A stretch of 64,000 nucleotides of DNA, taken from contig OZ241380.1 of assembly GCA_965200765.1 (NCBI GenBank), forward strand, positions 2,022,288 through 2,086,287. Reading direction: 5' to 3'. The notes beneath the pieces were generated by a model. It worked only from the letters and a program-made list of their open reading frames with translations. It made no database searches and was not told where the DNA came from. The translations under genes were made by a program, and so were the position numbers. How positions within the stretch are numbered: position 1 is the first letter of the stretch; every line of letters starts with the position of its first letter. Positions 49,635 through 60,339 of the stretch are shown in pieces. This DNA comes from Arenicellales bacterium. Its GTDB lineage: Bacteria > Pseudomonadota > Gammaproteobacteria > Arenicellales > JAJDZL01.

Positions 49635-50175
49635 TGATGACCTCCTCGTAGTTTTCCATGTTTACTAGCCCTAAGTTACGCCTTACGCGTCTCAGGTCGG
49701 ACAAAGCCAATTGTGGTGTGGCGACTCGCAGTGGGCGCTCATGCTCAAAATAAGTACCGAGCAAAATCTCAGACTCACTTCGATTCGTATGGGTAAACTC
49801 AATCGCTCCATCTTCCATACGGTAGATTTGGCTTCGTCCAGTGGTCATTACAGTAAGGTAGGTTAGCGTTTGCTGGCTAATAATGCTGTATTGCGACAAT
49901 GCAGTTTCCAGACTGACGTAAGAAAGATGACCGATTCTTAAAGCAACTGCAATTGCTTCATGCCTGAAAACGCATCGTCGGAATTCACGACGATACACAT
50001 AAACACCTCGGCAAACCCGCTGGAGCACATTGTTCTTTACCGCACGCTCAATGGTCTTCTTGAGTGTATTCTCCGATTCTTCTGGAAAATATGCTCTAAG
50101 CATACCGATTGAAAATGCCGATATCCCGTGTGTACCCAACAGGTCAAGCCGTTCTGCAAACTCGTTGTATTTCAT
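49621..50175 (-). CDS. abiEi: AbiEi-type type IV antitoxin / transcriptional regulator
   Basis: wHTH LQRVCRGVY, SYVSLETALSQYSIISQ, ATPQLALSD; overlaps the abiEii start. Confidence 0.85.
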   Translation of the reverse strand: MKYNEFAERLDLLGTHGISAFSIGMLRAYFPEESENTLKKTIERAVKNNVLQRVCRGVYVYRREFRRCVFRHEAIAVALRIGHLSYVSLETALSQYSIISQQTLTYLTVMTTGRSQIYRMEDGAIEFTHTNRSESEILLGTYFEHERPLRVATPQLALSDLRRVRRNLGLVNMENYEEVINETK

Positions 50176-50989
50176 GGTTTGTATTGTCCAATGGTCCCAC
50201 TTTCAATCTTTGGGTTGGTTCACCTCAGTTCAAGTCGAAATATATACAGAAAGTATATATAATATTATCTGAATTGTAAAGCAAATTCATGCCGTGTGTA
50301 CTATCCCACTGACAAAATGGTTCTCTTGATTCTTCAATTTCCTCTGTCTTGTCAATGTAGTTCACAGGATTTACAACGCGATTGTGGCTCAAATTCCAAG
50401 TGATTGCAGTATCCACCCGGTGAAAGCAGCTGCCGTGTAGGCAGGATAACAGGACACACCGGCAAACTGCATTCCATGCTGTCCATTTACTTCGAGAAAG
50501 GTGCCAGATTCTGAAGTACTGGTACCCGTCGGAGGAATTGAGACTGTGACGCACACAGTGTTCGGTTGTTGGTTCCATCGTAGAATTACTGTCCAAACGG
50601 GGTCAATATACATTCAACAGAAAGGACTCATTCCTAAACGCACGCAAAAAGAGAATGTCTTCTAGTGTATCATTTTCAATATTCGTTCAGCCATGAACTC
50701 GGTTGTCAAGCACTCAGTTGATGCCTTTTCATTGCCAAAATTTATGAGCACATGCGGTCGTAATAAGGAAGAGTTTATTAAAATTTTCAAATTAACAGAA
50801 TATTAATCAGAACGTTTGGCGAGTCTAAATGACGAGTTGAAACTTCCAACCATAACGACAAGTTCTCTGAATGTGGCATTACAAAGTGAATTTCATTTGT
50901 AGAAGGAACTATACGGGTTGTCAACTGGGCAAAAAAACAACCATAGAATTTACTTATTGAATTAAAGGCACATTTGATCACAGACTAGC

Positions 50990-51287
50990 GGGAAGATGGT
51001 CTTGTCAACCAAATTAATACAAGAAGCATTGTGTTAAGAATGCGCGAAGAAAAGCAACGCGGGCAGTTTATCTTTTCAACTCAAAATTTTCACATTTTTC
51101 AGTTTTATGAGATGCTGATTTAACATGCGAACTTAGCACACCTGTCAGAATCGAGTACAATGGGGAACAAAATCGAGAAGAGCATCTGGATTCACTTGAC
51201 GATGTAGCAGTATTTGTACTGGTTGAGCAGATTCTGGAAGTTGACAAGGATGCGTTTGAGTGGAGGCGCAAAAAATACGGATTCTAA
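50990..51287 (+). pseudogene. Frameshifted C-terminal remnant of a TrlF-like / ABC-type AAA ATPase (absent from the ORF track)
   Basis: Manual translation: EDGLVNQINTRSIVLRMREEKQRGQFIFSTQN (fs) DADL...SLDDVAVFVLVEQILEVDKDAFEWRRKKYGF*, resembling EDDLDN...REEK.RRQFIF.THN...GDAE...LEGG..AF..R..KYGF. Confidence 0.6.
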
Positions 51288-51289
51288 TT

Positions 51290-52594
51290 ATGAACTTACA
51301 AAATCGAACTGAAGTCACCGAGTTGATTGTCAATGGTGAAAACTCTTACGTTGAATTCGAGCGAGACGATTTGCAACAAGAAAGACTGTGCATGGAGTTT
51401 GCAGCGCTTATGAATATGAACGGAGGTTATATTCTGCTTGGCGTTGAGCACGATGGAGCAGTTTCAGGTTTAACTCGCAACCCTGGTAAAGCTGAGGAAT
51501 GGGTTATGGAAGTAGCCCGAACGGGCGTAAATCCGGCAATTTCCCCAAAATGGCATTCGCTTGAATGGGAACCAGGGAAATTTATAGGAATAATTTCATT
51601 GCCCTCGAATGCCCCCAACAAGCCATACCAAGCAAAATGTGATTCTGTCTGGATCTCACCAGTTCGTGTTGGCACAAAAACTCGTCAAGCAACCCGTGAA
51701 GAATCATTAAGACTATATGTGCAAGGAGGTCTAATTGAGTACGAACGCATGCTTGCACATAACGCAGGCTTGGAAGATTTGGATAGGAAACGACTTGTAA
51801 ACTATTATCGAAATGTAAAGCAGCAAGAAATATTTGCTGAGGACGAAATTGAGCAGTGGGAGAACTTATTACGAAATTCCGGGTTTATCTGCGAAAACGA
51901 TGGAAATTTGGTTCCGAGTGCTGCGGGAATGCTACTTTTCGGTAAAAATCCAAAACGCTATTTTCCTCAAACCGGGATAACTGCTGTTGCCTATGTAGGA
52001 ACTGAAAAAGACTATGATGCAAGAGGCAGCGCTTACATCAGCGGTCCGCTCGTTTCATTGTTTCAGTCCACGGAACCACTATCAATGCAAAACCACCCCT
52101 CAATTCAGCGACAGTTTTCAGATCCACTCTCAATTGTCGAAACGGGAATAATTGACAATGCGGTCAATTTCGTGCATCGGTCAATAAATGTTAATACCTT
52201 TATCGACAGTGAAGGACGATGCAAAGAAAAATGGGACTATCCTTTTCAAGCCGTGCGTGAGGCGATCATAAACGCAGTAACTCATCGCGAATATGCATTC
52301 CAAGGCACTGATATCGAATTATCTATCTATTCTGATCGAATAGAAATCATTTCTCCGGGGCATTTGCCGAATGCAGTAACTGTGGAAAAAATAAGACGCG
52401 GTTATCGGTCTGTGCGAAACAAAATCATTAAGGAAGTGTTGCGAGACTATCGATATATCGAAGCAAAAGGCATGGGTGTGCCTCAAAAAATTATCAAGGA
52501 AATGCGTGAACACAATGGAACTGAGGTTGATCTGATTAATAAGGACGACAGATTTACAGTTCGATTGTGGAGGCTACCGAATGGGGCGAAGTAG
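51290..52594 (+). CDS. AlbA_2 (Schlafen-like) domain plus HATPase_c_4/RecG-C domain protein
   Basis: GENSYVEF, AALMNMNGGYILLGVEHDG, REAIINAVTHREY, EIISPG.LP, RN..I..VL, EAKGMG. Confidence 0.88.
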   Translation: MNLQNRTEVTELIVNGENSYVEFERDDLQQERLCMEFAALMNMNGGYILLGVEHDGAVSGLTRNPGKAEEWVMEVARTGVNPAISPKWHSLEWEPGKFIGIISLPSNAPNKPYQAKCDSVWISPVRVGTKTRQATREESLRLYVQGGLIEYERMLAHNAGLEDLDRKRLVNYYRNVKQQEIFAEDEIEQWENLLRNSGFICENDGNLVPSAAGMLLFGKNPKRYFPQTGITAVAYVGTEKDYDARGSAYISGPLVSLFQSTEPLSMQNHPSIQRQFSDPLSIVETGIIDNAVNFVHRSINVNTFIDSEGRCKEKWDYPFQAVREAIINAVTHREYAFQGTDIELSIYSDRIEIISPGHLPNAVTVEKIRRGYRSVRNKIIKEVLRDYRYIEAKGMGVPQKIIKEMREHNGTEVDLINKDDRFTVRLWRLPNGAK

Positions 52595-52669
52595 GTTTAA
52601 TAGCATGGGAGTTCGATTGAATTTCTTTTCCTTTGCCTTGGGTACCTGCCGACTTCTCAGCAATCACCC

Positions 52670-52915
52670 CGGCCTTGTTTCGACCACACCCTCCACCTAT
52701 ATCAGCGACTTCGACAACCTATGACCATAGTACAGATTACCCAGCTCCGATTGGTTACCGCGATCCCCCACCATCACACCGAGTCGCAACGCTTGCGCAC
52801 CTTGCCCTTGCTAATGCACCCAGTTTCCGACACATGCATACTTATAAAACTTGTTCTTGTCGGTTTTCTTCTGCGAATGCACACGCTTGCACCAGTACCA
52901 ACTCAAGTTTGAGCT
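52670..52915 (-). pseudogene. Decayed IS5 transposase fragment homologous to the 46184 element
   Basis: Minus-strand frames give KRVHSQKKTDKNKFY..CISKGKVRKR..GIAVTNRS..GNLYYGHRLS versus intact KRVMTQERTSKNKVY..CISKGKVHKR..GIAVTNRS..GNPYDGHTLS. Confidence 0.85.
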
Positions 52916-52982
52916 CAAAGTCAAGAATCATCCTCAGCTTCTTCACTTGGGTGTTCATCCGCGTCAACTTTGGAGCGGAGAA

Positions 52983-53201
52983 TTATCTGACTCGCGAAAA
53001 TGAATAGACGTACCTGATATGCTCGCGAAAATAATTTTCTTTTACACCTGATTGCATTAACTGCTCGTACAGTTCTTCAGGGACATTGTAAAACTGATAT
53101 GCAGCTTCATTCGAGAACACGACTTCAAGTGTTTGCGACTTCGCACTGTATCCAATAGCAGAAATTATGGAGGCGGCACGTGAGGAATTGTTCATATTCA
53201 A
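52983..53201 (-). CDS. KTSC domain protein 3
   Basis: SIISAIGY....TLEVVF....YQFYNVPEELY..LM. Confidence 0.88.
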   Translation of the reverse strand: MNMNNSSRAASIISAIGYSAKSQTLEVVFSNEAAYQFYNVPEELYEQLMQSGVKENYFREHIRYVYSFSRVR

Positions 53202-53248
53202 TTAATCTTGCTTGTAAGTGTCCACTATTAGTTGAAGTACACCCGAAG

Positions 53249-53461
53249 CTATCCAACACGGGTATACGAATAGCCGTATCTAATGTAAACGTGGAAGAAC
53301 TTCCCTTTAGAACCTGCATTCATCAGGTGGTCAAAGATGTTACCAGGTACATTGTAGTACTGATACACACCACCTCCACGAAATTCAATTTCCAGAGTTT
53401 CAGTTTTGGGTTCATATCCGACAGAATAGAGGTTTGATGAACTTACAAATTGTCGTTTCAT
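53249..53461 (-). CDS. KTSC domain protein 4
   Basis: VSSSNLYSVGY....TLEIEF.GG.VYQYYNVP...LMNA.SKGKFF; GGAG RBS. Confidence 0.93.
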   Translation of the reverse strand: MKRQFVSSSNLYSVGYEPKTETLEIEFRGGGVYQYYNVPGNIFDHLMNAGSKGKFFHVYIRYGYSYTRVG

Positions 53462-53677
53462 ACTCGATTCTCCATGTATGTGTTTTCAAATTATTGTTTT
53501 AGATGGAACTCTGCCACTCAGTACGAAATCCAATTTTTCAGACAGTACTCTGCTATACTCTTGGTTTCTGCTAAATGTTTTCTACAGCATTCTAACAGAT
53601 TCCCGGATACTTTCTCGTACACAATTGCAAGTGTAAGCTTTGGAAATGACACCATTAATTTATCAATTTGTACAACT

Positions 53678-54559
53678 ATGAAAATCTTGAATATAGGACA
53701 TCGCGGTGCAAGAGGCTTGCTCCCGGAAAACACCATTCCGGCATTTTCAAAAGCAATGGAATTGGGAGTGGACTACATTGAACTTGACGTCGGCGTGACA
53801 AAAGATACGATTGTAGTGATTCATCACGACTACCAACTCAATCCCGACACTACCCGAAATGAGCGTGGACAATACCTGACAGGCGATCTGCCAGCAATCC
53901 GAGATTTGACCGTTTCTGAATTGCAACGCTATGACGTTGGACGCATTAATCCTTCTTCAGATTATTTCCAGGAAATTCGTTCTCAACAGCCGATGGACGG
54001 ATGCCGAATACCCACTTTAACTGATGTTGCCCAACTCCTCAATGAGTCAGAGTCCAGCACAAAACTGCTGATTGAAGTAAAGTCCGCACGGAACAATCCG
54101 GGATTGACATATGATTCTGTTGAGTTGGCAGTCAGAGTCGCTGATGAAATCAAGGCTCTCAAACTTGCATCGCGCGTCGTCATTCAATCCTTTGACTGGC
54201 AAGTATTGCGAACTGTCAAAGAGTGTATAAAAAAGATCAAAGTCTGGCACCTAACCTGTGAACGCCCGGACTACAACACGGTGGACGACTCAAAAAGGGG
54301 GTTGTGGACAGGAACTGCAATGAGTGCTTGCCAAAACTCGGTTCCAAAAATGGTGAAAGCAAATGGTGGAACACATTGGGGATGCAATATTGCCGCGCTG
54401 TCACTCGACCGAATTGAAGAAGCCCGGGAACTGGGCTTAAAGGTGTGCGCGTGGACCGCAAATGAACCAGAAGAATTTGAGTTTCTGGTAAAAGCCGGTG
54501 TATTTGGAATCGTTACAGACTATCCGGACCGCCTTGCGGAATTTCTCGCACAGTTTTGA
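53678..54559 (+). CDS. Glycerophosphodiester phosphodiesterase
   Basis: GHRGARGLLPENT, ELDV, HHD, IEVK, QSFD, WTAN, GIVTDYP. Confidence 0.93.
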   Translation: MKILNIGHRGARGLLPENTIPAFSKAMELGVDYIELDVGVTKDTIVVIHHDYQLNPDTTRNERGQYLTGDLPAIRDLTVSELQRYDVGRINPSSDYFQEIRSQQPMDGCRIPTLTDVAQLLNESESSTKLLIEVKSARNNPGLTYDSVELAVRVADEIKALKLASRVVIQSFDWQVLRTVKECIKKIKVWHLTCERPDYNTVDDSKRGLWTGTAMSACQNSVPKMVKANGGTHWGCNIAALSLDRIEEARELGLKVCAWTANEPEEFEFLVKAGVFGIVTDYPDRLAEFLAQF

Positions 54560-55085
54560 CAAGTCGGCCTTGCTCCTTGCTGGTGACAATAAAATCGGCG
54601 ATGGATTCAGGGGAATTGATATCCAACTTGACAATATCAAGTTCAATTGACTCCGGCGCATCGGTGGCAACGGCAATGACATGCTTGTCCTTCACGGCCA
54701 GCAACGGACGTTTCAAGCCGCCGCGATGCACTTCAATTTTTGGAAATGGTTCGTGCTTCAATCCTTCCACAATTACCAGATCAAGACTGCGATTTATGTA
54801 GTAGCCCAACAGTTCGTCAAGGTCGGGTTCTTCTTCACCCCCTCGTTCCAGCACCAGTGCAATTCGTTGTTTGGAACCAATCAGCACTTGCTCGGCCCCG
54901 GCCTGTCTCAATTCGTAACTGTCCTTGCCTGGAGTGTCGACATTGAAACTGTGATGCGCATGCTTGATGACACCGATTCTGAATCCCTTGCGATTCAGGT
55001 TTGCTATGACCTGGGCAGCCAGCGTCGTTTTTCCTGTACCGCTGAATGCAGCGAAGCCAACAACATCAAGCTCGATTGTTTTCAT
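54513..55085 (-). CDS. mobB: Molybdopterin-guanine dinucleotide biosynthesis protein B
   Basis: SGTGKTTL, IKHAHH, GKDS, VEGLK. Confidence 0.93.
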   Translation of the reverse strand: MKTIELDVVGFAAFSGTGKTTLAAQVIANLNRKGFRIGVIKHAHHSFNVDTPGKDSYELRQAGAEQVLIGSKQRIALVLERGGEEEPDLDELLGYYINRSLDLVIVEGLKHEPFPKIEVHRGGLKRPLLAVKDKHVIAVATDAPESIELDIVKLDINSPESIADFIVTSKEQGRLVKTVREIPQGGPDSL

Positions 55086-55692
55086 TCGATTTCATGCGAC
55101 TTTCGGCCGCATCTCGCTCCTCAGGCGTGTTTACATTGACAAAGTTGTCCGACAATTCAGAACAATCCGCCATGACATACGCATGACGAATAAACCAAAG
55201 ATCGATTTTTCGCCCTCCCGACTCCAGAAATGAAGTCAGATCGCTTCGCAACTTGCTCTGTACCGCCATAAATGTAGGTTGAGATCGGTCGCCATCGTGT
55301 GCCACAACAATTTCAACTCCGTCAGTGGCAGCCTTTGCCATAGTCTCTACATAGCGGGAGCTCAGAAACGGGCAATCGCACGGAACTGTAATGACCCACG
55401 GCAAACTGGTTTTCTTCATGGCGCTTGCCAGCCCGGCCAACGGGCCAAGAAAACCCTCCATTTCATCTTTGACAATCTCGCAACCCAGCGATTCGTACGA
55501 TTGGTAATTTCGATTTGCACTGATCAAAACTTCGGCAACTTGCGGTCGAAGCAGATCTACAGTGATTCCGCACATCGTGCGGCCATGTATTTCGATCAAA
55601 CCCTTGTCCACACCGCCCATACGACGCGCCAATCCCCCGGCAAGCACCAAACCGGCTACATCTTTATATTTTCCTGTACTGTCTCGCTTCAT
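55066..55692 (-). CDS. mobA: Molybdenum cofactor guanylyltransferase
   Basis: LAGGLARRMGG.DKG, GPLAG, VPCDCPF, NVNTP. Confidence 0.95.
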   Translation of the reverse strand: MKRDSTGKYKDVAGLVLAGGLARRMGGVDKGLIEIHGRTMCGITVDLLRPQVAEVLISANRNYQSYESLGCEIVKDEMEGFLGPLAGLASAMKKTSLPWVITVPCDCPFLSSRYVETMAKAATDGVEIVVAHDGDRSQPTFMAVQSKLRSDLTSFLESGGRKIDLWFIRHAYVMADCSELSDNFVNVNTPEERDAAESRMKSNENNRA

Positions 55693-56363
55693 TGCACACC
55701 TGCATCAATGCTGGAAATTCGACCCTTGTCAATTTCAATCACCCGATCGCAATTCGACAAATTTTCCAATTCATGGCTTGCAATATACACAGCAATTCCT
55801 TCTAGTCTCAGTTTATCAATCAACTGATAGGTTTGATCCCGGGCCGCACGGTCCATGTTGGCAGTCGGTTCATCCAGTAGCAAAGCCTGTGGCTTCAGGA
55901 TTCTGGCGCGAGTCAACGCAACTCGTTGCTTTTCACCACCAGACAACTCACGTGCATTCCTGTCGACCAGATGACTCAGTCCAGCCCATTGCAATGCATC
56001 TGTCACTGCCGTTTGCGTTTCACTTCTTGAGGTTCCGCCAACCCGTAGTCCATAGGCTACATTTTCAAATACGCTTCGATCAAACAAATACGGGGACTGG
56101 TGCAGATAAACAGTTTGCCTGCGCAAGTCACTGCCGGCCTGACGCAACGGTACCTCCACACCTTTGATAATCACCTGTCCGACATCAGGAACGAGCAAAC
56201 CGGCAATGACTTTCAGCAACGTGCTTTTTCCGGCACCATTTTTACCGCGCAACAAAATGAATTTCCCTTGTTCGATTGCGAAGTGGTCAATGTCCAGTAT
56301 GGTACGGTCGCCATTGTGAAACTTGACTCCCCGAATTTCAATCAGTGATTGCGACGAATTCAT
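55689..56363 (-). CDS. tupC: Tungstate ABC transporter ATP-binding protein
   Basis: GKNGAGKST, LSGGEKQR, LLLDEPT. Confidence 0.8.
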   Translation of the reverse strand: MNSSQSLIEIRGVKFHNGDRTILDIDHFAIEQGKFILLRGKNGAGKSTLLKVIAGLLVPDVGQVIIKGVEVPLRQAGSDLRRQTVYLHQSPYLFDRSVFENVAYGLRVGGTSRSETQTAVTDALQWAGLSHLVDRNARELSGGEKQRVALTRARILKPQALLLDEPTANMDRAARDQTYQLIDKLRLEGIAVYIASHELENLSNCDRVIEIDKGRISSIDAGVQ

Positions 56364-56380
56364 GTTTTGGTTTGCCTCGC

Positions 56381-57085
56381 TCAGTAGCTGGCCCGATCGC
56401 GTCCGCGAAAAGCTGAAACAGTAAAATTCAGAAGCAATGCCAGAAAAATCAGTACCGCGCCCAAGGCAATGCCCTGTTCAAAGTCCCCTTTGGAAGTTTC
56501 CAGCGCGATGGCAGTCGGAATGTTCCGAGTATGGTGCAAGATGTTTCCGCCAACCATGATCGAACATCCTACTTCGGATACCACCCGACCAAAGCCGGTT
56601 ACGATTGCAGCGATCAATCCAAAACGAACTTCCCGGATGATTGTGAACATTGCACGGGCGGTGTTTGCACCCAAGGTTCGAGCCGTTTCCCAAGCAACCA
56701 GATCAATGCTGCGCAAGGACACATGAATCATGGCAACCAGAATGGGAAATGCCAGAATCATTTGTCCGATAATCATGGCAGTCTGTGTGAAAAGCAATCG
56801 CCAACCGCCGAACGGGCCAGCATTGTACAGCATGATGTACAGGAGCAAGCCAACAACGACCGCCGGCAACGCTACCATGGAATTGACGATTGTAATCAGC
56901 ATTCGTCGTCCCGGAAAGTTGCCGTAAGCAAGCGCAAACGCGACAATCACGGCGAACGGTGTGATGAACAAAATGGCGCGAAATGAAACCAGAAAGGAAA
57001 TACCAATAATTTCCCACAATTCGCGGTCGCCGGAAAACAGCAGCTTGAAGGCGTTGATACTCGCCTGAATCAGACTGTCTTCCAA
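56381..57085 (-). CDS. tupB: Tungstate ABC transporter permease
   Basis: LPAVVVGL, GRVVSEVG..MVGGNI...TR...TAIALETSKG. Confidence 0.85.
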   Translation of the reverse strand: MEDSLIQASINAFKLLFSGDRELWEIIGISFLVSFRAILFITPFAVIVAFALAYGNFPGRRMLITIVNSMVALPAVVVGLLLYIMLYNAGPFGGWRLLFTQTAMIIGQMILAFPILVAMIHVSLRSIDLVAWETARTLGANTARAMFTIIREVRFGLIAAIVTGFGRVVSEVGCSIMVGGNILHHTRNIPTAIALETSKGDFEQGIALGAVLIFLALLLNFTVSAFRGRDRASY

Positions 57086-57145
57086 TGAACACCTTTAATT
57101 TTGACAATTGAATGTTGCATTGTTGCAAACCAACCTGCGCAACGA

Positions 57146-57988
57146 CTATTGCTCGCTACTGGCGACCGGATAGAACAACGTTTCACCACCAATCTTGTAA
57201 TTGGCAATCAATTCCCTGGCCTGTGGAGACTGTAGCCACTCTACCAGCAAGCCCGCACTTTCATAATTCACATTCGAGTGCTTTTCCGGACTGACTGCGA
57301 TCGCTGAATACACATTCCGGCCATCGCTTGCACCTTCCAGCAACAGTTTCAGTGACAACAACCGATTTTTGGTAAACAACCAGGTGCCTTTGTCGGACAT
57401 TGTGTATGCACCGAGTTGATCGGCGATTTGCAACGCTTTGCCCATTCCCTGCCCCACTTCGCGGTACCAAGTGCCATCCGGAACAATGCCTGCATCTTCC
57501 CACAACGACAACTCTTTTTTGTGTGTACCGGAATCATCGCCGCGCGAAATGAACAAGGCACCGGCCGCGGAAACTTTCGTCAACGCGCCACCCAGCCCAT
57601 CGCCGGACTCAATACCTGCCGAATTGTCACCAGGGCCGACAATCACGAATTCGTTATACATCACTTCATTTCTGGAAACCCCGAATCCTTCCTCGATCAA
57701 CTTCAACTCGGCCTCCCTCGCATGCACCAGTATTACATCCACATCGCCGCTTCTTGCATGGTTCAGCGCCCGGCCTGTTCCGCCAACAATCGTATGCACA
57801 GCAATTCCGTAGATCTGCTCGAACACCGGCAACAGTTGCCGAAGCAGTCCGGAATTGTCCGTGCTCGTCGTAGTGGCCAGGCGTATTACATTATCCTGTG
57901 CAACCGCAGTCCACGCAGTCGCATTGAGAGCAAGGAATATGCCAGCAAGCAAGATTGATTTGCGTTTCAAATTCAAATTTCGTGTCAA
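57146..57988 (-). CDS. tupA: Tungstate ABC transporter substrate-binding protein
   Basis: TupA signature ATTTSTDNSGLL; SRGDDSGTH.KE. Confidence 0.88.
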   Translation of the reverse strand: MTRNLNLKRKSILLAGIFLALNATAWTAVAQDNVIRLATTTSTDNSGLLRQLLPVFEQIYGIAVHTIVGGTGRALNHARSGDVDVILVHAREAELKLIEEGFGVSRNEVMYNEFVIVGPGDNSAGIESGDGLGGALTKVSAAGALFISRGDDSGTHKKELSLWEDAGIVPDGTWYREVGQGMGKALQIADQLGAYTMSDKGTWLFTKNRLLSLKLLLEGASDGRNVYSAIAVSPEKHSNVNYESAGLLVEWLQSPQARELIANYKIGGETLFYPVASSEQ

Positions 57989-58289
57989 TCCGGTATTTTC
58001 GAATGAATGATGCTACCTGTGCCAGCGCCGGTATTTGCTTTCTGAATGTTGCTGTCGTTCGTCTCGGATGCACAGAAAATTCAGTTTTCACGCACAAATG
58101 CACAACGGTATGTACAATGATAATATTGGGGTATGCAAACTGATGATCGAATTTTCACAGGTACAGATTCCCAATATAATCGGCTATTAGTGTATATTAT
58201 TAGATTCCGCCTTCAATGAAGTTTGGCAATTTTGTCATTTCATTGCTGTAAAACAGGTTATTATGAACTGGAACGGTATCTGGTAGAAA

Positions 58290-58664
58290 ATGCTTACATT
58301 GGCTCACAGCGTCAACGGACCGACGCGTATTCTGATTACGCAGTCCATTGTAGTGGTTGCGTGTACAGCTTTTGCATCCGTCTTCGGGATGACGCACATG
58401 TACTCTGCAATTCTGGGTGGAGTTGCCTGCATCGTTCCGAATGCTTATGCGATCTGGCGAGCATTTGCCAGCGGTCGAAGCAGTTCGGATTCGGGTGTGG
58501 TTGGATTGATGTTGCGCGCAGAAGTGGCAAAGTTTGTCCTCACCGGATTGTTGTTCGCCCTGATTTTTGCAACCATTCCCGAGGTGGAGCCAGTGACTTT
58601 GCTGCTGGTATTCACAGTCGCAATGTTTGCTGGCTGGATTGAAGCCGGATTACGCTTAAACTGA
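58290..58664 (+). CDS. atpI: ATP synthase protein I
   Basis: Four hydrophobic segments, AEVAKF; first gene of the atp operon. Confidence 0.8.
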   Translation: MLTLAHSVNGPTRILITQSIVVVACTAFASVFGMTHMYSAILGGVACIVPNAYAIWRAFASGRSSSDSGVVGLMLRAEVAKFVLTGLLFALIFATIPEVEPVTLLLVFTVAMFAGWIEAGLRLN

Positions 58665-58683
58665 ACCATAGAGACGATATTGA

Positions 58684-59529
<846 letters not shown>

Positions 59530-59579
59530 ACTATTAACCAATGTTCATTACACTCGAAAGCTAGTTCGGAGAAGATATT

Positions 59580-59810
59580 ATGGAAGCAGCGGTGTTATTC
59601 GTCGCAGGAGCAGTATTGCTAGGTCTGGGAGCTGTGGGAGCGGCAGTAGGTATCGGTATTCTGGCGGCCCGGTTTATCGAGGCAATTGCTCGTCAACCGG
59701 AGCTGTTGCCGATGCTGCGCGTTCAATTCTTTATTATGATGGGGCTTGTCGATGCAGTTCCAATGATCGGTGTCGGTATTGCTTTCTATATATTGTTCGC
59801 GGTCGCGTGA
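59580..59810 (+). CDS. atpE: ATP synthase F0 subunit c
   Basis: ARQPE loop; VDAVP with the proton-binding Asp. Confidence 0.95.
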   Translation: MEAAVLFVAGAVLLGLGAVGAAVGIGILAARFIEAIARQPELLPMLRVQFFIMMGLVDAVPMIGVGIAFYILFAVA

Positions 59811-59863
59811 CAAGTCAGCAATTGTTTATCGACTTGTCCAGGATCTGTGTGAGGTAACGACTC

Positions 59864-60334
59864 ATGAATATTAATGCAACCCTTATTGGTCAGACGATTA
59901 CTTTCATAATTTTCGTCTGGTTCTGTATGAAATTCATCTGGCCGCCGATTATGAATGCGCTGGAAGAACGGCGCAAGACCATCGCAGATGGGCTTGCGGC
60001 CGCCGAAGAAGGACAACGCAATCGGGAAAAGAGCGAGCAAGATGCGGCAGAAATCATCGAGCAAGCCAAGGCGCAAGCTCAGGAAATCATCAATCGGGCT
60101 GAGAATCGTGGCAAGGAAATGGTGGAAGAGTCCAAAAATGACGCCAAGGTTGAAGGCGAGCGAATGCTGGCCACCGCGCAGGCCGATATTGAACTCGAAA
60201 GCAATCGCGCTCGCGAAGCACTTCGGCAACAGCTGGCACAACTGGCGGTCGAAGGTGCGCGGCAAATTCTTGGCAAAGAAGTTGATCCGCAAGTACATGA
60301 CAAAATGTTGTCCGATCTGGCAAAGAACCTGTAA
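59864..60334 (+). CDS. atpF: ATP synthase F0 subunit b
   Basis: [24 protein letters not shown]. Confidence 0.97.
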   Translation: MNINATLIGQTITFIIFVWFCMKFIWPPIMNALEERRKTIADGLAAAEEGQRNREKSEQDAAEIIEQAKAQAQEIINRAENRGKEMVEESKNDAKVEGERMLATAQADIELESNRAREALRQQLAQLAVEGARQILGKEVDPQVHDKMLSDLAKNL

Positions 60335-60339
60335 CCGGA

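Noticed and set aside
50280-50613. Possible frameshifted small gene (RWNQQPNT..YPAYTAAAFTGW..NPVNYID..CQWD) upstream of abiEi
   Set aside because: Looks protein-like, but I cannot assign a family or support its boundaries.
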